Part shown: positions 6,949-14,733 of the stretch, piece by piece | Position numbering within the stretch: position 1 is the stretch's first letter | Layout of the letters: the number at the start of each line of letters is the position of its first letter | Virus record (IMG/VR): IMGVR_UViG_3300032053_000012 | Strand: one strand, 5' to 3' | DNA length: 20,000 nucleotides | From: an uncultured virus (IMG/VR IMGVR_UViG_3300032053_000012) | Lineage: Duplodnaviria > Heunggongvirae > Uroviricota > Caudoviricetes | Notes under the pieces: model-generated | Database searches by the model: none | Seen by the model: the letters and a program-made list of their open reading frames with translations, nothing else | What the model was told of the DNA's origin: nothing | Translations under genes and position numbers: made by a program

Positions 6949-7478
6949 TCAACCTCGCCGGGCGGAGCGACTGCGACGAGTACATCGCGCGCGAACTGCG
7001 GCACGCGCGGATCACTCCTGAGCGATGCGAGCCGTCGGGACGAGAGGTCAACGCATCGATCGTCGGTCGCCTACCCGGCTTCCTCTTCAAGCGCGCCTGG
7101 TACTACTACGTGGTCGAGGGGCGTGTGCCGCTCGCGGTCGCGCACGCGCTCTACGAGGATCCGCTCGGGCGCGACGACGTGCGCGTGTCTGGGCACTGCG
7201 GCTGCCCGCCGCCCGCGGACCCGTGGCTGAAGTACGTCGACGCGGACGGCAAGGAACTGCTGACGCTCGGCGACCCGAGGCACGACGTGATGCATGGCGA
7301 CTCCGAGATCGTGCTTCGCGTGAATGCGGAGATGCGGGCGATGTACCGGTGGGTCGAGGACCGCGCCGCCGCGGCCTCCGAGGTCTTCGTCGACCTCTAC
7401 CATATCGACAGCGAGGCTGGGCTGCGGCTGTTCGCCGACGCCGTGCGGGACACCACGACCACCAGGAGGACGCCGTGA
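6945..7478 (+). CDS. Phage hypothetical protein
   Basis: GTGA overlaps at both ends; aromatic-rich globular sequence (FKRAWYYYVV, VRVSGHCGCPPP, YHIDSEAGLRLF). Confidence 0.8.
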   Translation: MINLAGRSDCDEYIARELRHARITPERCEPSGREVNASIVGRLPGFLFKRAWYYYVVEGRVPLAVAHALYEDPLGRDDVRVSGHCGCPPPADPWLKYVDADGKELLTLGDPRHDVMHGDSEIVLRVNAEMRAMYRWVEDRAAAASEVFVDLYHIDSEAGLRLFADAVRDTTTTRRTP

Positions 7479-7777
7479 GCACTAACAAAGCAGACGACCG
7501 AGACGACCCGGCGCGCCACGTCGCGCGCGCGGTCGAGTCGGCGGAGCGGCTGCGCGACGCCTGCCAGCAGGCGATCCTCGACCTCGGCGAGGCGATCGTA
7601 GCCAGGGACGACAGCGAGGCGCGGCTCGAGGCCGGGAGCGAGAGGGAGCGGGTCGAGGGGTCGACGCTGCGCAACCTCGCCGCGCTCAACCACACGCGCG
7701 TGCGGATCTGCCTCGAGCGGTGCGTCGAGCTCGGGCGTGGCCTCGGGCGGCTCGGGATCACGGGGAGGTCGCGGTGA
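7475..7777 (+). CDS. Hypothetical protein
   Basis: AGGAGG SD then GTG in a GTGA overlap. Confidence 0.7.
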   Translation: MSTNKADDRDDPARHVARAVESAERLRDACQQAILDLGEAIVARDDSEARLEAGSERERVEGSTLRNLAALNHTRVRICLERCVELGRGLGRLGITGRSR

Positions 7778-8706
7778 TCCACGACCGCCCCACCTACACC
7801 GCCACTGACCGCGTCCCCACCCGCGCGGAGGCCGAGGCTGCGGCGGCCGACGTGCTCGCCCACGCGACGCGCACCTATGTCGGCGCGGCCGTGGATTTCG
7901 CCGTCTTCGTGCGCGCGGAGGCGGCCGAGCGCGCGGACCTGGCCGGGTACGTCCGCATGCGGGCCGGGAACTGCCGCAGGACGGAGGCGGCGGCGATCGC
8001 GGTCGGCGACGTGCTCGCGGCCGCGACGCCCGAGGTCGCCCTCCTCCCGCCCGAATCGCGCGCACTGCTCCTTCGTCGCCCACTCGTCCCAGATCGTGCA
8101 GCCGTCCGCGCTTGGCGCCACTTCGGCGGCGACTACGGGTTCCTCACGAAGTATCCGCAGGCGCGATTCGCGGCGTCGATCGAAAACGGCTTCGACCAGA
8201 TCAAGTGGCTCGTCGCCGAGATCAAGAAGAACCCGAGCAGCCGGCGGCTCGTGGTCTCGGCGTGGCACCCGGTCGACGCGGGCGTCGTGGCACTGCCGCC
8301 GTGTCACACGTTGTTCCAGTGCTGCGTGCAGGGGCCGAGGGACGGCAGCACTGCTACCAGGAAGCGCCTGTCGCTCCACCTCTACATGCGCAGCGCCGAC
8401 TACTTCCTCGGCGTGCCGTTCAACATCGCGAGTTACGCGCTGCTGACGCACCTGCTGGCGCGCGAGGCGGACCTCGACGCGGGGACGCTCACCGTGTCGT
8501 TCGGGGACGTGCACCTCTACCGGAACCACCTCGACCAGGCGCGCGAGCAGCTGTCGCGCGAGCCGAGGTTGCTCCCTAAGGTCCTGTTCCAGGGAGACCA
8601 CACGGAGGTCCCGACCTCGATCCTCGACCCCGGGTGGAGAAAGGAGCACGTCTCGATCGTCGGCTACGACCCGCACCCCGCGATCAAGGCGGCGGTGTCG
8701 GTGTGA
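7774..8706 (+). CDS. thyA: Thymidylate synthase ThyA, rearranged: canonical from W at 8113 onward, N-terminal third replaced (possible pseudogene or chimera)
   Basis: GFDQIKWL, KKNPSSRRLVVSAW, ALPPCH (catalytic Cys), LYMRSADYFLGVPFNIASY (Asn at the dUMP-specificity position), GDVHLYRNH, YDPHPAIKAAVSV. DRTG, FPL.TTK, ELLWF and GPVYG are absent on this strand. Confidence 0.9.
   Translation: MIHDRPTYTATDRVPTRAEAEAAAADVLAHATRTYVGAAVDFAVFVRAEAAERADLAGYVRMRAGNCRRTEAAAIAVGDVLAAATPEVALLPPESRALLLRRPLVPDRAAVRAWRHFGGDYGFLTKYPQARFAASIENGFDQIKWLVAEIKKNPSSRRLVVSAWHPVDAGVVALPPCHTLFQCCVQGPRDGSTATRKRLSLHLYMRSADYFLGVPFNIASYALLTHLLAREADLDAGTLTVSFGDVHLYRNHLDQAREQLSREPRLLPKVLFQGDHTEVPTSILDPGWRKEHVSIVGYDPHPAIKAAVSV
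8029..8109 (-). pseudogene. thyA: Inverted 81-bp thyA fragment
   Basis: The minus strand translates to ADGCTIWDEWATKEQCARFGREEGDLG, the ThyA segment that normally precedes PVYGxQWR. Confidence 0.9.
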
Positions 8707-8966
8707 GCGTCGTGAGCGTCGCGGAGACGAGGACCAACGCTGACTACAGGGACGTCCTCCTCGACGGCGAGACGGGGCGCACGCTGCGCGTCTACCCGGC
8801 GGCGCAGGGCGCGATCGTAATGCGCGTGTTCTACGCCGCGGAGGGCGTGCTCGACCACTACGGCTACGGCGAGCTCGTGGTCGACCTCGACGCCGCGGAC
8901 GCCGTGGTCGAGGCGGTCGCGGCGACGGCGCGGGACGCGCGCGCGCGCGAGGGAGCCGGGCGATGA
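8703..8966 (+). CDS. Hypothetical protein
   Basis: GTGA overlap with the thyA stop; alternative GTG at 8712 within a GTGAGCGTC duplication. Confidence 0.7.
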   Translation: MSVVSVAETRTNADYRDVLLDGETGRTLRVYPAAQGAIVMRVFYAAEGVLDHYGYGELVVDLDAADAVVEAVAATARDARAREGAGR

Positions 8967-9412
8967 TGAAGCGAGCGACGCAGCTCGGGCGCTACCTCGC
9001 GCGCGCGGCCCACGCGCGGATCGGCAGCACGTCGGACGGCGTGTGCTACGTCGAGATCGACTTCGCGGTCGAGCGCATGGTCTTCGCCCCGCCGCAGGCC
9101 GTGCGCGGCGTGCCGATCGAGGGGCCGGTCTCGGGCGAGCACCTGCGCTGGCGGGGCTGGTACACGCGCGGTGGGGTTCACAGGGCGTGCAGCGTGGTCG
9201 CGACGACGGGCGGGACGCTCGAGCGCACGGACGGCAACGGGGTCGTGGTGGAGGACCCGACGAGCCTCGACGGGGTGGGGTCGCGGGCGTGCGTGGTGGA
9301 CGTGGTGCGGGTCGAGTGCGACGACGCGGAGGCGGCGGGTGCGCACAGGATGTTCGTGACGGCCGTGGAACCGGTCGACGGGATCGAGAGACAGGAGGAA
9401 GCGCGGCGATGA
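8963..9412 (+). CDS. Hypothetical protein
   Basis: ATGA overlap, GGGAG upstream, 149 aa. Confidence 0.65.
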   Translation: MMKRATQLGRYLARAAHARIGSTSDGVCYVEIDFAVERMVFAPPQAVRGVPIEGPVSGEHLRWRGWYTRGGVHRACSVVATTGGTLERTDGNGVVVEDPTSLDGVGSRACVVDVVRVECDDAEAAGAHRMFVTAVEPVDGIERQEEARR

Positions 9413-9681
9413 CCACGACGACGAAGACGAGGACGGCGGCGGACGCGACGACGCGGGAGGTCGTGGCGGCGTCGCTGCTGCGCGCGTACTACGACGGCAG
9501 GCGCGACGCGGCGCTGTCCCGGCTCGGGCGTCCGCCGCAGGGGCTCGACGACCCCCCGGACGACGAGGACCTAGTCCGGCTCCTCTGGGAGAGGGACGAC
9601 GCGGAGATGGAGGAGATGCGGCGCCGGGCGACGGAGGTCGCGGACGCGGTGCTCCTCGCGATCGAGGAGGCGCCGCGATGA
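9409..9681 (+). CDS. Hypothetical protein
   Basis: AGGAGG SD, ATGA overlaps at both ends. Confidence 0.72.
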   Translation: MTTTTKTRTAADATTREVVAASLLRAYYDGRRDAALSRLGRPPQGLDDPPDDEDLVRLLWERDDAEMEEMRRRATEVADAVLLAIEEAPR

Positions 9682-10169
9682 GAAGCGAAGAGGTCGACTT
9701 CGTGCGGTGGCTCTGCGTCTCGGTACCGACCCAGCGGTACCGCGCCGCCTTCCGCGAGTCGCGCGACGTGGGCGAGAAGGTGGTCACGCTCTGCGAGATC
9801 CTGAACGAGACGTGGTTCGGGTCGGCCTGGCGCGCGCGGATCCCCGACCGCGAGCGCATGGAAGCCAAGAGGCGCAGAACTGCGCGCGGCGTGCGCCTGC
9901 TCGTGCACATGGTCGCGCGCGACTCGACGGTGAACCTCACTCCGCCCTTCGAGAGCTCGCGCGACCGCATGTCCCTCGCCGAGGCAGCCGCGTGGTGCGA
10001 CGAGGAGTACCGGCGCTACGCCGCGCGTCCGTACCGAGGAGAGTCCGCGGCCGAGTACCAGGACGCCGGGTACCGCGCCGCGCTCGCCGAGGTCGCGGCG
10101 ATGTGCCGGAGCGGGCGACCGGCGCGACACGTAGGGATCGTGGGCGTGGCAGGCGGGCGACTGCCGTGA
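9678..10169 (+). CDS. Hypothetical protein
   Basis: GAGGAGG SD, ATGA overlap, 163 aa. Confidence 0.75.
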   Translation: MRSEEVDFVRWLCVSVPTQRYRAAFRESRDVGEKVVTLCEILNETWFGSAWRARIPDRERMEAKRRRTARGVRLLVHMVARDSTVNLTPPFESSRDRMSLAEAAAWCDEEYRRYAARPYRGESAAEYQDAGYRAALAEVAAMCRSGRPARHVGIVGVAGGRLP

Positions 10170-10369
10170 GCGCGAACGCGAGCACGACGGCCGAGATGCG
10201 GCGCCACCTGCGCGAGCTCGCGCGGGCGGTGATCAGGCTGCAGACGTGCGCGGCGCGGCCAGACGGCGGGTGCATGCTGCTGAGCCCGGACGGCCACCTC
10301 GACGCGGCCTACCGGCGCGCGGAGCAAGCCGAGGCGTTCCTGCGCGGGATCGAGCGGGCGCCGTCGTGA
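10166..10369 (+). CDS. Small hypothetical protein
   Basis: GTGA overlaps at both ends; 67 aa. Confidence 0.6.
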   Translation: MSANASTTAEMRRHLRELARAVIRLQTCAARPDGGCMLLSPDGHLDAAYRRAEQAEAFLRGIERAPS

Positions 10370-10842
10370 CTGACCGAGACACCGGGTACGTCGACCTCGA
10401 CGACGAGCGGCGCCGACGGAGGCGGCGTGCGCTCGACGAGATCGGTCGCAGGGCGCGCGCGCAGGGGGCGATGCTCGCCCAGCTCGCCGCCGCGGTCTCG
10501 CGCCTGGTCGAGGTCGACCGGGAGATCCTGCGCGCGGCGTTCGACCACCCGGTGCCGCCGATCTACGAGTCCGGCGTGCGCTACTGGCTCCGGCACGACG
10601 ACGAGTGGTGCGACCTGCGCGTGGTGCTCGAGCAGGGACACGGCGACGTGGTCGACCTCGCGGCGTGGCGCGCGGCCGAACTGCTGGAGGCCGGCGTCGA
10701 GGCGCGGGTCCGGTTCGTGCAGAAGTTCATCGGCAGGATGGATCTGCGAGGCGGCGGGTGCGGGTTCGGCGGCGGGTTCGTCGTGGTCGCCGAGGTGCTG
10801 GCGGGAGGCCGCGTCGAGCGACCCTACGAGGTGCTGCGGTGA
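10366..10842 (+). CDS. Hypothetical protein
   Basis: GTGA overlaps at both ends; protein-like 3' part of track ORF 10246..10842. Confidence 0.65.
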   Translation: MTDRDTGYVDLDDERRRRRRRALDEIGRRARAQGAMLAQLAAAVSRLVEVDREILRAAFDHPVPPIYESGVRYWLRHDDEWCDLRVVLEQGHGDVVDLAAWRAAELLEAGVEARVRFVQKFIGRMDLRGGGCGFGGGFVVVAEVLAGGRVERPYEVLR

Positions 10843-10964
10843 GCACGTCGAATTTCATCCAAGTCGACCGCGAGAGGATCGAGGTGCGTCAGCAAAACGC
10901 CGAGCCGCCCGCGCTGTGCGTCGCGGCACTCGAAGTCTGTTTGCGACGATGGAGGAAGCGATGA
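10839..10964 (+). CDS. Very small hypothetical protein (41 aa)
   Basis: Bridges its neighbours with GTGA and ATGA overlaps; no other support. Confidence 0.4.
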   Translation: MSTSNFIQVDRERIEVRQQNAEPPALCVAALEVCLRRWRKR

Positions 10965-11152
10965 CCAAAAAGGACCAACTCAAGCGGATCGAAAACGAAC
11001 GCGACGACGCCTATCTTGCCGGTCGCGCCGGCATGGTCCCCGCTGCGTGGAAGGAGCTTGCGTTGGCGCTGTGGACTGATCGCAAGCGCAGCCAGGCCCG
11101 CGTGGACGCCGCGATCGCGGCGCTCCGACGCTTGGGCGAGGAGCTACCGTGA
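10961..11152 (+). CDS. Small hypothetical protein
   Basis: GGAGG SD at 10951-10955, ATG 10961 (MTKKDQLKRIENERDD...). Confidence 0.7.
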   Translation: MTKKDQLKRIENERDDAYLAGRAGMVPAAWKELALALWTDRKRSQARVDAAIAALRRLGEELP

Positions 11153-11262
11153 GCAGCGCCGACGCCGACGCCGACGACGTGATGGTGTGGTGCGCCACGT
11201 TCAGCGAGCGCGTGCGGCACGCGCACGAGCCGCCGTCGGCCGTACGACTCCGAGGAGAAGCC

Positions 11263-12006
11263 ATGACGAGCACGACAATGTTCAAGTACGAGCTACCGAA
11301 GACGCTCTCGGACGCCGCGGTGGTCCTGCTCTCGGGCGGGATGGACAGCGCGGCGTGCCTCGCGCTCGCGCACCGGTGCTACCCGGCGGGGCGGGTGCGC
11401 GCGCTCGTGGTCGACTACGGCCAGCCGCACCGCGACCGGGAGACGACGGCCGCGGGGTTGATCGCCGGGCACGTCGGCGTCCCGAGCGAGCGGATCTGCG
11501 TCGCCGACGCGATGGCGGCGATGCGGCCGAGGCGCATGGCGAGGGCGGTGCACGAGCCGGCAGCGGGCGGCGCGCAGAGGCCGCACCCAGCGGAAGTACC
11601 GCAGCGGAACACGGTGCTGCTGTCGCTCGCGGCGGGGCACGGCATGGCGTGGTGGCCGGACGCGTCGCTCGACCTGTGGATCGGGGCGACCTCGGACGAC
11701 GCGGCGGGGTTCGCGGACTGCCGGCCCGAGTTCATGGCGGCGGCGTCGCACTGCTTCTCGACCGCGAGCCCGCGGACCGTGCGCGTGGTTGCGCCGCTGG
11801 TCTCGACGAGCAAGCGCGAGCTCGTGGCGAGCGCGAGCCGGGACGTGCTCTGGCTGCTACGGAGGTCGTGGTCGTGCTACCGGGGCGGGGAGCGACCGTG
11901 CGGCGAGTGCACGCCGTGCGTGCTGCGGGCCGACGCGTTCGAGGCGGCCGGGATCCTCGCGTGCGTCGACCCCGACCCCTCTCCGAGCCAGGGAGACCGG
12001 ACGTGA
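11263..12006 (+). CDS. queC: 7-cyano-7-deazaguanine synthase QueC (or QueC-family ATP pyrophosphatase)
   Basis: VVLLSGGMDS PP-loop, DYGQ, VPQRN, FADCRPEF, APL...K, and WSCY...CGECTPC Zn site. GAGGAG SD before ATG 11263; an in-frame coupled GTG at 11149 is an alternative start. Confidence 0.92.
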   Translation: MTSTTMFKYELPKTLSDAAVVLLSGGMDSAACLALAHRCYPAGRVRALVVDYGQPHRDRETTAAGLIAGHVGVPSERICVADAMAAMRPRRMARAVHEPAAGGAQRPHPAEVPQRNTVLLSLAAGHGMAWWPDASLDLWIGATSDDAAGFADCRPEFMAAASHCFSTASPRTVRVVAPLVSTSKRELVASASRDVLWLLRRSWSCYRGGERPCGECTPCVLRADAFEAAGILACVDPDPSPSQGDRT

Positions 12007-12521
12007 CGTGGTGCTACAACGCGACGCCACGCCCGCCGGTCGCCCTCGGCGTGAGGGCCTGCTGCCCGGCGAAGCGCGCCAGGAAGTCGCCCGTCACGCT
12101 GCGGATCACGCCGATCGAGGCCGCGGTCCTCCGCGACATCGTCCTGCCGTCGCGCTACCAGTGGAACGTGCAAGTCGAGTCGATCGTGGTCGGTCGCGAC
12201 GAGCTCGTCGAGCACGGGTTCGTGCTGGCGGCCGGGATGTTCTCGGCCGAGTCGGTCGGCGCCGGGATCGCCTCCGGGAGGACGATCTACCCGACCCTCG
12301 GCCTCTCCGTCTCGCTCCGGCGCCTGTCCTCGCCGACCCGCGCGGTCGTCCGGGCCGTGCGCGTGCGCAGGACGAGGGGCGGGTCGATCCACGTCGCGCG
12401 CGTGTGGCCGCCCGCGGGAGTGTCCAGGCGCGAGCGACTGAGCCTCGTGGTCGTCGTCGACCTCCTCCCAGATCCCCACTACGCCCCTACGTCCCCCCAC
12501 GCCCGACACGCCAGCGAATGA
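12003..12521 (+). CDS. Hypothetical protein between queC and the dpdA-like gene
   Basis: GGGAG upstream; GTGA overlap with the queC stop and ATGA overlap with the next gene. Confidence 0.6.
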   Translation: MTWCYNATPRPPVALGVRACCPAKRARKSPVTLRITPIEAAVLRDIVLPSRYQWNVQVESIVVGRDELVEHGFVLAAGMFSAESVGAGIASGRTIYPTLGLSVSLRRLSSPTRAVVRAVRVRRTRGGSIHVARVWPPAGVSRRERLSLVVVVDLLPDPHYAPTSPHARHASE

Positions 12522-13189
12522 TCGTCTACGTCGGCGACACGCGGTCGAGGAAGCTGCTCGCGGCCCTGCGAGCCGAGGGCATCGGCCAGGTGGCGGTGCG
12601 CGGCCGGCTGTCGGGCCGCAGGCTCGACCCGTGGTTCTACGACAACGGCGCCTTCGAGGACTACCGCGCGGGCGTGCCGTTCGACGAGGCGGCGTTCCGC
12701 GCCGACCTCGCGGTGCTCGACGCGCAGTCGGAGCCGCCCGCGTTCGCGGTGCTGCCCGACGTGGTCATGGGCGGCGCCGAGTCCTTGAAGCTCTCGATGC
12801 GGTGGTTCGAGGACGTGCCGCGCCGGGACTGGTACCTCGCGGTGCAGAACGGGGTCGAGGTCGGCGACGTCCCGTGGCGGAGCGGGATCGCGGGGGTGTT
12901 CGTGGGCGGCGACCTCGGGTGGAAGCGGGCGACGGGCGCGCGCTGGGTCGAGGCGGCGCACGCGCGCGGGCTGCGATGCCACGTGGGGCGCGTGGGGACG
13001 GTGCCGCGGATCGCGTGGGCGCGCGACGCGGGGGCCGACTCGATCGACTCGAGCCTGCCGCTGTGGAGCAACAAGAACATGCGTCGGTTCATGCAGGCGC
13101 TTCGGCAGTCGCACTTCTGGGCGCCCGACTACCGCCGTCCCGAGGAAGCGACGACGGAGAAGACGGAGAAGGCGAAGGCGAACCGGTGA
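12518..13189 (+). CDS. tRNA-guanine-transglycosylase-fold protein, DpdA-like (putative DNA 7-deazaguanine insertase)
   Basis: WFYDNGAF (cf. TGT DSGGF/DSGAF), VLPDVV, LAVQNG, VFVGG, HVGRV and GADSIDSS (cf. TGT G.D.FDS); two genes downstream of queC. Confidence 0.75.
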   Translation: MIVYVGDTRSRKLLAALRAEGIGQVAVRGRLSGRRLDPWFYDNGAFEDYRAGVPFDEAAFRADLAVLDAQSEPPAFAVLPDVVMGGAESLKLSMRWFEDVPRRDWYLAVQNGVEVGDVPWRSGIAGVFVGGDLGWKRATGARWVEAAHARGLRCHVGRVGTVPRIAWARDAGADSIDSSLPLWSNKNMRRFMQALRQSHFWAPDYRRPEEATTEKTEKAKANR

Positions 13190-13749
13190 CGACGCGCTGG
13201 GTCGTCTCCTACCGCGCGGACCCCTACGCGCGGCGGCTCGCGGACGGGCACTACTCGCGGCGCGCGGTGGGCGCCAAGCAGTTCGTGCCGCCCGGGCGGT
13301 GCGTGGTGCTGCGCACGATCGCGGGGGACGCCTACTGGGTCACGTCCTGGCAGGAGTACGTCGACCACCGCTGGCCGGGGGCGTGGATGTGCTCGGCGTT
13401 TCGGAACCTGTCGCCGCACCGGTCGAGCGAGCTCGTGGTCGAGGCGATGGCGGCGACGCGCGCGGTGTGGCCCGAGCCGCCGCGGGTGCCGGCGTGGGTC
13501 GTGGTCGGCAGGGAGCCTCACCGGACGATCCTCGAGCGCGATGACATCGCGTGCGTGACGTTCGTCGACGAGGACGCGGTGCGGAGGAAGCGCGACCCCG
13601 GGCGGTGCTTCCTGCGCGCCGGGTTCGAGGTGGTCGGGCGCACGCGGGGCGGGCTGGTCGCGCTCGGGATGAGGGCCTCGCGGCTCCCGGCGCCGGATCC
13701 CGCGATGGTCGAGCAAATCGGCCTGTTCCCCGAGACTCGGCTACACTGA
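13186..13749 (+). CDS. Mom-like GNAT-fold putative DNA base-modifying acyltransferase
   Basis: ADGHYSR, CSAFRN...SSELV, VTFVD, DPGRCFLRAGFEVVG resemble the HY ... S.L ... F.D ... G..Y.A..F..VG layout of Mom-type GNATs; GTGA-coupled to the dpdA-like gene. Confidence 0.55.
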   Translation: MTTRWVVSYRADPYARRLADGHYSRRAVGAKQFVPPGRCVVLRTIAGDAYWVTSWQEYVDHRWPGAWMCSAFRNLSPHRSSELVVEAMAATRAVWPEPPRVPAWVVVGREPHRTILERDDIACVTFVDEDAVRRKRDPGRCFLRAGFEVVGRTRGGLVALGMRASRLPAPDPAMVEQIGLFPETRLH

Positions 13750-13764
13750 CTCGGCTACACTGAC
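13734..13764. repeat. Perfect 14-bp tandem duplication GACTCGGCTACACT x2 (+GAC)
   Basis: Copies at 13734-13747 and 13748-13761, spanning the stop of the Mom-like gene. Confidence 0.92.
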
Positions 13765-13770
13765 GGGGCG

Positions 13771-14733
13771 ATGGAGGACGAGCGGTTCCAGAGCGAGGGC
13801 TACGTGGGCGCGGGAGGCCGTCGCTACCACGTCACGGTGACGCTCGCGGGCGCGCCGAGGTCTTCGTCTCCGATGTCTTCGTGGGTCCTGCCGCGCAGGC
13901 CGATCGAGGAGACGGCGGCCGAGGTCGTCCGGTCGGGGTCGTCGCCCGAAGTCGTCGCCCTCCACGTGGACGACCTGTCTGCCTCGTCGAGCGGCGCGAC
14001 CCTAGTCATGGAGTCCGCGACCCCTCCCCCGGCGATCCTCGCCAAGCTGCTGCGGGCGTGGGCGCGATCCAAACTCGTCCGCGTGAGGCGGGAGGGTCGG
14101 CAGTCGAGCCGGCTCGACCGGATGCAGGCGGCGAAGAGGGAGGTCGACGAGGCGCTGCGCACCGTCGGCCCCGTGCTCCCGGACCGACCGCTCGGGCCGT
14201 CCGTGCTGTGGGTCGACCGCGCCGTCGCGCAGGCGGCGATGGAGGTCGCCGCGGGGGTCGGCAGGGCGCGGGGGACGAGGGCACCGCCGAGGTCGTGGGT
14301 CTACTGGGTGACGGGCGCGGGCGAGATCGGGAGCCTCATGCAGGGGGGGCGAGCGCGCCTCGCCGGGATGGTGCGCGAGATGCAGGCGCGCGGGCTGCCG
14401 GTGCAGCTCGCGCGACTCGGCAGGAACAGGCGGAGCGTGCTCGTGGTGGGCGGCCGGGGCGAGGTCACGGACGCGTCGGTGGGGGGCGGGCGCTGGCTCG
14501 TCGACGAGCACACGGGCGAGATGCTGCGCGCGGTGACGTTCGACGACCTCGCGGCGGGGCTCGACGCGGACCCGCGCGCGGTGGGCGACCTGCAGCGCGG
14601 CGTAGACTACGCGTGGACGGAGCCGCGCACGGGGAGGCGCGTGCTCGTCGTGCCCGCCGAGTACGGGTCGAGGTCGTGGAGCAACCGGGCGAGGTCGAGG
14701 CCGAGGCCGAGAAGGAGGAACGCATGGCTCTGA
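13771..14733 (+). CDS. Hypothetical protein (320 aa)
   Basis: ATG after GGGG; fills the interval between neighbours; Arg-rich C-terminus. Confidence 0.65.
   Translation: MEDERFQSEGYVGAGGRRYHVTVTLAGAPRSSSPMSSWVLPRRPIEETAAEVVRSGSSPEVVALHVDDLSASSSGATLVMESATPPPAILAKLLRAWARSKLVRVRREGRQSSRLDRMQAAKREVDEALRTVGPVLPDRPLGPSVLWVDRAVAQAAMEVAAGVGRARGTRAPPRSWVYWVTGAGEIGSLMQGGRARLAGMVREMQARGLPVQLARLGRNRRSVLVVGGRGEVTDASVGGGRWLVDEHTGEMLRAVTFDDLAAGLDADPRAVGDLQRGVDYAWTEPRTGRRVLVVPAEYGSRSWSNRARSRPRPRRRNAWL

Noticed and set aside
8021..8112. Invertase-controlled phase-variable switch in thyA
   Set aside because: Only a weak imperfect inverted similarity (CGCGACGCC versus CGCGGACGGC) flanks the segment, no recombinase is in the window, and re-inversion would not restore PVYG or the N-terminus.
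7087..8676. 529-aa minus-strand ORF as a real gene
   Set aside because: Antisense shadow of + genes; only the 27-codon ThyA fragment at 8029-8109 is meaningful.
8113..8706. dCMP/dUMP hydroxymethylase rather than ThyA
   Set aside because: The retained part is close to canonical bacterial ThyA, including Asn in PFNIASY and the HPAIKAxVxV end.
11263..12006. QueC as part of a QatABCD or CBASS type IV defence system, or a tRNA queuosine operon
   Set aside because: No qat ATPase/TatD, cyclase or queD/queE/queF neighbours; the phage context and DpdA-like neighbour fit DNA modification better.
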